Source of the DNA: Bacteroidota bacterium | GTDB taxonomy: Bacteria; Bacteroidota; Bacteroidia; JAADEI01 | Length of the DNA: 32,256 bases | Direction of reading: 5' to 3' | NCBI GenBank assembly: GCA_015490475.1 | Contig: WFXT01000188.1 | Coordinates: 1-32,256, forward strand | Shown: positions 1-7,273 of the stretch, piece after piece | Layout of the letters: each line of letters starts with the position of its first letter | Numbering within the stretch: position 1 is the first letter of the stretch | Position numbers and translations under genes: made by a program | Notes under the pieces: model-generated | Database searches by the model: none | Told to the model about the DNA's origin: nothing | What the model saw: only the letters and a program-made list of their open reading frames with translations

Positions 1-824
1 CCACGGGAACTGGTGAACGTAGAGTTCGTCTGGAAGATGGTATATTACTACCAGACTATAGATTGCCAACAGAGGCAGAATGGGAATACGCTGCGTGGGC
101 TATGATTGGTAACTTATTTGCACCTGGTGAAGAAATGTGGCTTGAAACAAAGGTCTTCCCATGGAATGGATATGGTTTACGTTATCCCGTCCACGGTGGC
201 TGGTGGGGTGCGTTCCTCGCCAACTTCAAACGAGGCGAAGGGGACTATATGGGCATTGCGGGATCATTGAACGATGCTGCCTGCCCCACAGCTCCTGTCA
301 ATTCATTTATGCCTAACGATTTTGGTCTTTATAACATGGCAGGTAACGTTGCCGAATGGGTAGCAGACGTCTATAGGCCTTTCACACCACTGGATGCCGA
401 TGACCTCAACGCATTCCGTGGCAACGTCTTCATGAAGTTAGCAGTTGATGAAGAAGGTGTTCCCCTTGAAAAGGATAGTCTCGGCAGACTTCGCTATGTT
501 CCCGTAACAGAAGAAGAAAATGCCAACAGATTGAATTATAAATGGTCTGATTATCGTGATTTCAAAGATGGTGACGAAATGTCAGAAATCTCTTATGATT
601 ATGGTAAAACCACTTTGATAAACAACGAACTGAGAGTATATAAAGGAGGGCACTGGGCAGATGGTCCCTTCTGGCTCGTCCCAGGAACCAGAAGAGCTCT
701 TGATCAAAACCAATCCACTGCATTTATCGGCTTTCGTTGCGCTATGACACGTGTTGGTTCACCACAGGGTAACCAATTTGAAGCTGGAAAATGGTTTAGA
801 GTAAGACCAAAGGGTCGTAAGTAA
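1..824 (+). CDS. gldJ: GldJ-like gliding-motility lipoprotein, C-terminal part (FGE/SUMF1-type fold); the 5' end lies outside the window
   Basis: The frame-3 ORF is open from the window edge. Residues before the listed start read ...ILLPDYRLPTEAEWEYAAW, so the listed TTG at 63 is not the real start. FGE/SUMF1 motifs are present: RLPTEAEWEYAA, YNMAGNVAEWV, RVYKGGHW, IGFRCA. Its position directly upstream of murF matches my recollection of gldJ loci in gliding Bacteroidota. GldJ versus another FGE-domain paralogue cannot be settled from this fragment. Confidence 0.6.
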   Translation, partial: TGTGERRVRLEDGILLPDYRLPTEAEWEYAAWAMIGNLFAPGEEMWLETKVFPWNGYGLRYPVHGGWWGAFLANFKRGEGDYMGIAGSLNDAACPTAPVNSFMPNDFGLYNMAGNVAEWVADVYRPFTPLDADDLNAFRGNVFMKLAVDEEGVPLEKDSLGRLRYVPVTEEENANRLNYKWSDYRDFKDGDEMSEISYDYGKTTLINNELRVYKGGHWADGPFWLVPGTRRALDQNQSTAFIGFRCAMTRVGSPQGNQFEAGKWFRVRPKGRK

Positions 825-917
825 CGAGAAAGTAACAACTCTTAATCTACTGTATTACAAGCAGGTCAACAAAAGAGAGTTAAAAAGTAGCAGGTATTAT
901 TCTGAAACAATATAGTT

Positions 918-2261
918 GTGATTTTAAGTGATGAAGCAATAGAAAAAATATGGTCACTACATCGCAATAGCAAAAAAGTTGTTTTTGATACACGAGAAAT
1001 TAAGGGGGGAGAACTATTCTGGGCTCTTCCGGGAACAAGAACTCACGGCAATAAGTATGTAAATGAAGCCTTACAGAAGGGGGCAATAGGGGCAATATGT
1101 TCTGATCAATCCAAAACAGACCTCAATAATGTAGTCGTTGTTAAAGATACGTTAAAAGCACTTCAACAATATGCAACATGGTATAGGAAAAGGATCAAAG
1201 CAAAAGCAGTTATAGGTGTAACTGGGAGTTCTGGCAAGACCACAACCAGATCACTGATTTCCCATGTTCTTAGTAGTATGTATTCCGTATCACAGCCAGA
1301 AAGAAACTTCAACAATCATATTGGCGTACCTATAACAATATTGAACACGCCATTAAACACAGACTTTTTAGTTCTGGAATTAGGTGCCAATCATATTGGC
1401 GAGATAGAATTTCTATGTCAAATTGCACAACCTACAGAAGGGTTGATTACAAATATCGGAAGGGCGCATCTGGAAGGCTTTGGTTCCTTTGAGGGCGTTA
1501 TACAGGCAAAAACAGAACTATATAGATGGATAGACCAACATGGAGACACACTATATTTTAACTGTGAAGATGCTTTACTCATAAATAAGAGTGCAAAAAC
1601 AAGGGTTAATAAAATATATTATGGAGTGCGGTCAGGGAAAATTACTGCCCGGATAATAAGTGCCAATCCATTTTTGAAAATAAGATTCAACAAGCCTTTC
1701 AATATATCAGTAAACACACAACTTGCGGGTAAATACAACCTTTACAATATGCTAGCAGCTGCTGCAGTAGGCTTGAAACATAACATTCCCTTACGTATTA
1801 TAGCAAAACAACTTGCTACTTTTCGCCCCGTGGAAATGAGGTCAAACCTGGTGAAACTCAAAAATACATGGGTATGGTATGATGCTTACAACGCCAATCC
1901 AGACAGTATGCTTGCCAGTCTTAAAAGTTTTACTGAAATAGCACCAGATAATCGTCTTTTTGTCTTGGGTAGTATGAAAGAACTTGGCAAAGAAAGCGCA
2001 CATCTTCACAGGAAAATTCTGGAATATGTGATTAAGGTAATGGCACCGAATGATAAGATTGTATGCATTGGTCAAGAATGGACAGAATTACTACCCGAAC
2101 TTACTTCAAAAGGAATTCACTGGTCTGCATCCCTTGATAGCAAGATAGAAAAAATTATTTTGAACTTGTTGAAGAATAGAAAATACGTCTTTTTGAAAGG
2201 GTCGCGTGAAAACAGACTTGAATTAGTATTTCAGAAAATAAAGGAACTTTTGGCAGATTAA
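918..2261 (+). CDS. murF: UDP-N-acetylmuramoyl-tripeptide--D-alanyl-D-alanine ligase
   Basis: 447-aa ORF with the Mur-ligase P-loop VIGVTGSSGKTTT and the blocks LELGANHIGEI, DAYNANP and LGSMKELG. The N-terminus (VVFDTREIKGGELFWALPG) matches the usual MurF opening. GTG start. Confidence 0.9.
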   Translation: MILSDEAIEKIWSLHRNSKKVVFDTREIKGGELFWALPGTRTHGNKYVNEALQKGAIGAICSDQSKTDLNNVVVVKDTLKALQQYATWYRKRIKAKAVIGVTGSSGKTTTRSLISHVLSSMYSVSQPERNFNNHIGVPITILNTPLNTDFLVLELGANHIGEIEFLCQIAQPTEGLITNIGRAHLEGFGSFEGVIQAKTELYRWIDQHGDTLYFNCEDALLINKSAKTRVNKIYYGVRSGKITARIISANPFLKIRFNKPFNISVNTQLAGKYNLYNMLAAAAVGLKHNIPLRIIAKQLATFRPVEMRSNLVKLKNTWVWYDAYNANPDSMLASLKSFTEIAPDNRLFVLGSMKELGKESAHLHRKILEYVIKVMAPNDKIVCIGQEWTELLPELTSKGIHWSASLDSKIEKIILNLLKNRKYVFLKGSRENRLELVFQKIKELLAD

Positions 2262-2272
2262 ATAAGTTTATC

Positions 2273-2280
2273 TAATTTTG
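2273..2280 (+). promoter_or_regulatory. Candidate Bacteroidota -7 box (TAnnTTTG), distal copy upstream of the ECF sigma gene
   Basis: Exact TAATTTTG. Its TTTG (2277-2280) lies 22 nt upstream of the proximal box. It could therefore instead act as the -33 TTTG element of that promoter. Confidence 0.35.
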
Positions 2281-2302
2281 CGTTCAGATAGAAAAACAAA
2301 CC

Positions 2303-2310
2303 TAATTTTG
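2303..2310 (+). promoter_or_regulatory. Candidate Bacteroidota -7 box (TAnnTTTG) for the ECF sigma / anti-sigma / ispH unit
   Basis: Exact TAATTTTG, separated by 23 nt from the ATG at 2334. Confidence 0.5.
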
Positions 2311-2333
2311 AAACCTTTGAAAAAACAAACAAG

Positions 2334-3080
2334 ATGAGTGAGATGGAAGTTCCAGTAAACAAGGAAGAGCATCCAGACCGGGAAAACGATAATATTAACC
2401 AGGAGGGGGAACAATTAGAAAAAACGCAAGAGGAAGCTACCATGGGTAGAAGGCGAAAGAGAAAGGAACTTAACATTAGCGAAGAGGAAAGGCAACGTCG
2501 CCTTAGAATATTTGAGAAAGAGATTGAACCCTTAATTAATGACCTGCTGAGGTTTGCTACAACATTCCTAACCCAAGGCAATATAGACGATGCTTATGAC
2601 CTTGTTCAAGAAACTTTGTTGCGTGCCTTTGAATCCTTAGACACATATAAGGAAGGCACCAAAATTAAAGCATGGCTCTACACTATAATGAGAAATTTGT
2701 ACATAAACGAATACAGGAAAAGGAAATCTGCCCCACAAACAATAGCCTATGAGGAATATTCAACATTCAAGTCAGATGACGATGAAGAGGGTCCACCACC
2801 CCAAATGACACCAGCGGGTGACATGCGTCAAGAAGTTGAATCCTCTTATTTATCAGAAGAAGTAGTCAAAGCCTTAAACAAACTTCCGGAAGAATTTAGA
2901 ATTATAGTCTTGCTTGCAGATGTGGATGAACTAAAATACGAAGAGATTGCAAAAATACTGGGCATTCCAATAGGGACTGTAAGGTCTCGTTTGCACAGAG
3001 CACGCAGAATGCTTAAAAAGGAACTGAAAGAATATGCTAAGAAGTTATATAGAATTGAGGACAAATCCTCAAAGGACTAA
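2334..3080 (+). CDS. ECF (group 4) RNA polymerase sigma-70 family factor with a charged N-terminal extension
   Basis: Region 2 block: LVQETLLRAFESLDTYKEGTKIKAWLYTIMRNLYINEYRKRK. Region 4 helix-turn-helix: YEEIAKILGIPIGTVRSRLHRARRML. There is no region 3. About 75 residues of E/K/R-rich sequence precede region 2. Two TAATTTTG boxes lie upstream. Confidence 0.85.
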   Translation: MSEMEVPVNKEEHPDRENDNINQEGEQLEKTQEEATMGRRRKRKELNISEEERQRRLRIFEKEIEPLINDLLRFATTFLTQGNIDDAYDLVQETLLRAFESLDTYKEGTKIKAWLYTIMRNLYINEYRKRKSAPQTIAYEEYSTFKSDDDEEGPPPQMTPAGDMRQEVESSYLSEEVVKALNKLPEEFRIIVLLADVDELKYEEIAKILGIPIGTVRSRLHRARRMLKKELKEYAKKLYRIEDKSSKD

Positions 3081-3091
3081 ACAGCAGGTAA

Positions 3092-3352
3092 ATGGGATTT
3101 GGGAACAATGCATGTGTAAAATTCAGACGCCTGCTGGAAGATGCCCTTGATGGAAATCTTTCCCCAGAAGAATATAGAGCTTTCATAAAACACGCAACTT
3201 TTTGCCCTGCTTGTCATAGGAAATTGCGTGGTGAAATAATGTTTAGAAAATTATTGCAAAAAGCTTTCAACAAAAAACAAGAGGAACTTTTCAAGGACAA
3301 AGCACAACGTTTAATTGTTTCAATAAAACAGATGATTCATCAACAGCGGTAA
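3092..3352 (+). CDS. Putative soluble zinc-binding (ZAS, zf-HC2) anti-sigma factor
   Basis: 86-aa ORF separated by 11 nt from the sigma-factor stop. It has the H34-x3-C38-x2-C41 signature (KHATFCPACH) plus an upstream C8. No hydrophobic segment is long enough to span a membrane. Confidence 0.6.
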   Translation: MGFGNNACVKFRRLLEDALDGNLSPEEYRAFIKHATFCPACHRKLRGEIMFRKLLQKAFNKKQEELFKDKAQRLIVSIKQMIHQQR

Positions 3353-3362
3353 TCTTCCAGCA

Positions 3363-4256
3363 GTGCGTATAGAAGTGGACCCAGATTCAGGATTTTGCTT
3401 TGGCGTTGTCTATGCTATTGCGCAAGCAGAATTCTTTTTAGACCAAGGCATTAAGGTATATTGTCTGGGAGACATTGTCCATAATGATAAAGAGGTTGAG
3501 CGTTTGAAAGCAAAGGGCTTGGAAATCATTGACCATGAGCAATTAAAACAGTTAAAAGATGCTATAGTTCTCATAAGGGCACATGGGGAACCCCCACAGA
3601 CATATAAAATAGCGAAGGAAAATGACATAACACTTATTGATGCATCATGTCCAATTGTTCTGAAATTACAAAATAGGATAAGAGAAGTTGTTAGAGAAGC
3701 CCCTGAGGGATCTCAAATAGTTATATATGGCAAACCAGGACATCCAGAAGTGATTGGTTTATTAGGACAAATTCCTGATGATGCCCATGTAGATAAAATT
3801 CTAATTACAGGTGAAGATGATGCCTTTGAAAAAATTGATTTTTCAAGACCCATCTATCTCTTTTCTCAAACCACTAAGAGCATAGATAAGTATTACAAGC
3901 TTGGCGAAACTATTAAAAAGAAAGCTGCAGAATATAACAACCAGCAAGTGTTTTTCAATGATACTATATGCAGACAAGTATCCAACAGAGATACTAAAAT
4001 CAAAGAATTTGCCAAGCAATTTGATGTTGTTTTGTTCGTAGCAGGCAAGAAAAGTTCCAATGGAAAAGTACTATTTGAAGCGGCAAAATCTGTCAACCCA
4101 AACACCTACTTTATCTCTTCTGTAGAAGACATTCACTTAGATTGGTTTGAAAACGCTGATTCCATAGGTATTTGCGGTGCCACTTCGACACCAGCTTGGC
4201 TGATGGAACAAGTTAAAGAGTTTTTGGCCAGAGAACTAAATACCTATTCTGTTTAG
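3363..4256 (+). CDS. ispH: 4-hydroxy-3-methylbut-2-enyl diphosphate reductase
   Basis: Characteristic IspH/LytB blocks: SGFCFGV, DIVHN, IRAHGEP, IDASCP, FSQTT, DTICRQV, KSSNG. These include the three conserved cluster-ligand cysteines. GTG start 10 nt after the anti-sigma stop. Confidence 0.93.
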   Translation: MRIEVDPDSGFCFGVVYAIAQAEFFLDQGIKVYCLGDIVHNDKEVERLKAKGLEIIDHEQLKQLKDAIVLIRAHGEPPQTYKIAKENDITLIDASCPIVLKLQNRIREVVREAPEGSQIVIYGKPGHPEVIGLLGQIPDDAHVDKILITGEDDAFEKIDFSRPIYLFSQTTKSIDKYYKLGETIKKKAAEYNNQQVFFNDTICRQVSNRDTKIKEFAKQFDVVLFVAGKKSSNGKVLFEAAKSVNPNTYFISSVEDIHLDWFENADSIGICGATSTPAWLMEQVKEFLARELNTYSV

Positions 4257-4267
4257 TTATAGTTATA

Positions 4268-4275
4268 TAACTTTG
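4268..4275 (+). promoter_or_regulatory. Candidate -7 box (TAnnTTTG) for rpsA
   Basis: Exact TAACTTTG in the 39-nt ispH-rpsA spacer, separated by 20 nt from the GTG start at 4296. Confidence 0.45.
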
Positions 4276-4295
4276 TCATCTGAAAAACAATTGCC

Positions 4296-6221
4296 GTGGG
4301 AAACAAGACAGCAGTGACTGGAACAGAAGAAGTTAAGCCATTAATAGAGAAAACAGAAGAAGGTTTTTCATGGGAAGATTTAGCTCGCGCTGAAAAAACT
4401 CAGGAAAACGAAGATATTGTCGTTGCCCTAAAAGAGTATCTAAAACAACGTCCGGATATTAAGCCTCTGGAGAGGGCTGATATAGTAAAGGGTAAGGTTT
4501 TGAAAGTGGAAGACGAAGACGTAGTAGTAGAACTGGATTATAAGTTTAACAGCGTAATTCCACTTGCCGAATTCAAAGGGGAACCCGACCCTCAACCGGG
4601 AGACGAAATTGAAGTTTATGTAGAAAAGAGTGAGGACAGGAAAGGGCAAGTAAAATTGTCCCGTCGTAAAGCACGCATACTCAGAGCATGGGATAAGTTA
4701 GTTGAGGCATATCACACAGGAGAAGTTCTTGAAGCTAAGATTATTGCTAAGACAAGGGGAGGGCTTGTTGCTGAATGCTTCGGCATTTATGAATGCTTCC
4801 TGCCTGGCTCACAAATTAGTATTGAACCCGTTGAAGATTATGACGCATATGTAGGCAAAACGCTACCTGTCAAGGTAGTTAAGATTAACGAAGCGATAAT
4901 GAATGCTGTCGTTTCACACAAAGCAGTTCAAGAAGAGGAAAGAGAGCGTCGCAGACGTGAAATCATTGAAAAACTTGAGCCGGGACTAGTTCTTGAAGGT
5001 GTTATTAAGAACATAGTGGACTGGGGAGTATTCGTCGACCTCGGTAGTATTGATGGTTTAGTATATATATCTGACCTTACATGGAGGAGAATAAAGCATC
5101 CTTCCGACCTTGGCTTGAAAGTCGGAGACAAAGTGCGTGTGGTTGTTCTCGGATTTGACGAAGATAAGACCAAGATAAGCCTTGGTATGAAACAACTGGA
5201 GCCAGACCCATGGGAAAATATAACCGAAAAGATAAAAGTTGGGGACAAGGTCAAAGGCAAAGTAGTGCATATACAACCCTATGGTGCATTTATTGAAGTG
5301 TTACCTGGGGTAGAAGGCTTGGTGCACGTATCTGAAATATCATGGGGGTACAAGAAACCCAACCCCTTTGAATATTTCAAAGAGGGACAGGAAGTTGAAG
5401 CAGTCGTTACAGACATAGACCCGGAAAACAGGAGAATGAGTCTTAGTATTAAAAGGCTTAAGCCTGACCCATGGGAAAACATTGAATCCAAATATGTCAC
5501 AGGCAATAAGTATAAAGGTAAAGTCATTGAACTCAGACCATATGGAGCATTGGTTGAGCTTGAAGAAGGTGTTTATGGTATAGTGAGAAATGAAGACCTA
5601 TCATGGACAAAACGAGTCATGCATCCCTCTGAAATTGTAAAAGAAGGAGATGAAATAGATGTTGTTGTTCTCGGCTATGACCACGATAAAAGATTACTCA
5701 AACTTGGACACAAACAAGTTGAAGAGAATCCATGGCACACCTTTGAAACAGTATTTACTCCAGGTTCAATTCACAAAGGAACTATTAAATCCATTTCTGG
5801 CAGTGAAGCCATTGTTGAGCTGCCATATGGTGTGGAAGCAAGGGCACAGGTGAGAGACCTCAAGAAAGAAGATGGTACTATAGCGCAGGTTGACGAAACT
5901 CTTGACTTTATGGTTGTTGATTTCAACAAGAAAAAACAACTCATTAAAGTATCACATACTAAGGTATGGAGACAAGCCAAGGAGGAAGAGAAAGCACGCC
6001 AAGAAGCTCGCAAACTAATCAAGAAAAAGTCCAAGAAAACTACTAAGGCCGCACCAAAGGCACAGAAGAAAACAGCACCGGCAAAACCGAAAAAGCCTCA
6101 ACCACGACCCAGTGGTGCTAAATTGGATGAATTTATTGACCTTGACCAATTATTAGGTGAAGAAGGCCAACAAGAAAGCTCAGACAACAAAGAGCAAAAC
6201 AAAGACTCCAACAAGGAATAA
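4296..6221 (+). CDS. rpsA: 30S ribosomal protein S1 with a Lys/Ala/Pro-rich C-terminal tail
   Basis: Six tandem S1/OB repeats, for example GVIKNIVDWGVFVDLGSIDGLVYISDLTW, GKVVHIQPYGAFIEVLPGVEGLVHVSEISW and GKVIELRPYGALVELEEGVYGIVRNEDLSW. They are separated by EPDPWENI / KPDPWENI / EENPWHTF linkers. GTG start 20 nt downstream of a TAACTTTG box. Confidence 0.93.
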   Translation: MGNKTAVTGTEEVKPLIEKTEEGFSWEDLARAEKTQENEDIVVALKEYLKQRPDIKPLERADIVKGKVLKVEDEDVVVELDYKFNSVIPLAEFKGEPDPQPGDEIEVYVEKSEDRKGQVKLSRRKARILRAWDKLVEAYHTGEVLEAKIIAKTRGGLVAECFGIYECFLPGSQISIEPVEDYDAYVGKTLPVKVVKINEAIMNAVVSHKAVQEEERERRRREIIEKLEPGLVLEGVIKNIVDWGVFVDLGSIDGLVYISDLTWRRIKHPSDLGLKVGDKVRVVVLGFDEDKTKISLGMKQLEPDPWENITEKIKVGDKVKGKVVHIQPYGAFIEVLPGVEGLVHVSEISWGYKKPNPFEYFKEGQEVEAVVTDIDPENRRMSLSIKRLKPDPWENIESKYVTGNKYKGKVIELRPYGALVELEEGVYGIVRNEDLSWTKRVMHPSEIVKEGDEIDVVVLGYDHDKRLLKLGHKQVEENPWHTFETVFTPGSIHKGTIKSISGSEAIVELPYGVEARAQVRDLKKEDGTIAQVDETLDFMVVDFNKKKQLIKVSHTKVWRQAKEEEKARQEARKLIKKKSKKTTKAAPKAQKKTAPAKPKKPQPRPSGAKLDEFIDLDQLLGEEGQQESSDNKEQNKDSNKE

Positions 6222-6244
6222 GTTTTATACATAAGAATTCACGC

Positions 6245-6279
6245 CTGCTATTTCCGGCATTAACAAATTTGCCGAGCAG
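6245..6279. terminator. Candidate bidirectional hairpin between convergent rpsA and the GDPD-like lipoprotein gene
   Basis: CTGCT(6245-6249) pairs with AGCAG(6275-6279), and CGGCA(6255-6259) pairs with TGCCG(6270-6274). That gives 10 bp interrupted by a 5-nt one-sided bulge, with a 10-nt loop. It lies 23 nt after the rpsA stop. There is no clean U-tract, so support is weak. Confidence 0.25.
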
Positions 6280-6340
6280 ATTAGGATATTTTAGAAAGGT
6301 ATTTTTAGCGACTTTTTGATACATAAAGGGATTTTTGGAA

Positions 6341-7273
6341 TCAATTATATGCTATTGCATGTTTATCTGCCTGTATTATGGCAGGTCCTTTGTCTTTAAG
6401 CAAGTTCAATGCTTTCTTAAAAGATGTTGAATCTGTGGCTGCCCATAATTGAATCAGAAAATGATTATCCGAATGTATTTTATAAAAAAAACCATATATT
6501 TCACCAACCTCTCTTTCTGTAGTGGTTTCTATTGATTTACTAATACAATTAACATACCCATGCTTAGTAAGGAGTTGTCGGATGCTATCCGTAAAATTCA
6601 CAATAATAAGGCACTTGTACCTAATATCAGGTACGTATTTATTAATAAAGTATAATTGTTCAAGGTCCCATCCTTCAACGGCTAATCTATCTTTTATCTC
6701 AGGATATGTGTTAACCAAGTGAAATAATGCAATAGCAAACGTTTCTTTATACTGCCCAGCAACTTTATCACAAGAATCAGCACACAAATCTTTCCAATAT
6801 GTTGTATAATAGTTTTTAACATCCAGTGATAATAATCTATTATGGTCTGGAGGCGCTTTCAGAAAAGCATTAAAAACATATTCCAAAGAAACGATATGAT
6901 GGAGTGAGTCGTAAGTTGCATTCAAAGAATCTATCTGTTCAGAAGTTAAAAAATTTATAATGGGTCCGAAAGATTTATCTGTTAAGAAAACATCGTGCCC
7001 TACATAAATCATAGTATCTTTTGAAAGCTGGACATCTACCTCAATCCCTTGAAAAATAGTAAAACCCTCTCTAATAGCGGGATACGTATTGTGGCAAATT
7101 CTATCGGTAGCATATCTATCATGACAATGCTCTCCTCCTGCTCCGTGTCCTATAATATAAACACTTCCGGAATCAAAAATTGGTTTAGAATCTTTTTTAC
7201 AGCCACTCAATAACAAAACAAACAATATCGCTAAAGTGATTATTAGTTGACTAAAACGAATATAAATCATCAT
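6341..7273 (-). CDS. Lipoprotein with a divergent glycerophosphodiester phosphodiesterase (GDPD/PI-PLC-like) domain
   Basis: I moved the start to the internal Met (MMIYIRFSQLIITLAILFVLLLSGC). That gives a classical lipoprotein signal peptide with an L-S-G-C lipobox. The listed start at 7411 would put 46 hydrophilic residues in front and lies inside the pnp tail. GDPD-like pattern: YIIGHGAGG ... HNTYPAIREGF ... GIEVDVQLSKD ... YVGHD ... SLDVKN. The canonical H-R-G is replaced by H-G-A-G-G. Confidence 0.55.
   Translation of the reverse strand: MMIYIRFSQLIITLAILFVLLLSGCKKDSKPIFDSGSVYIIGHGAGGEHCHDRYATDRICHNTYPAIREGFTIFQGIEVDVQLSKDTMIYVGHDVFLTDKSFGPIINFLTSEQIDSLNATYDSLHHIVSLEYVFNAFLKAPPDHNRLLSLDVKNYYTTYWKDLCADSCDKVAGQYKETFAIALFHLVNTYPEIKDRLAVEGWDLEQLYFINKYVPDIRYKCLIIVNFTDSIRQLLTKHGYVNCISKSIETTTEREVGEIYGFFYKIHSDNHFLIQLWAATDSTSFKKALNLLKDKGPAIIQADKHAIAYN

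Noticed and set aside
5205-5479. A 14-nt direct repeat GACCCATGGGAAAA (5205-5218 and 5466-5479), 261 nt apart.
   Set aside because: The 87-codon period of the S1 domain repeats explains it. Both copies encode the conserved inter-domain linker DPWEN.
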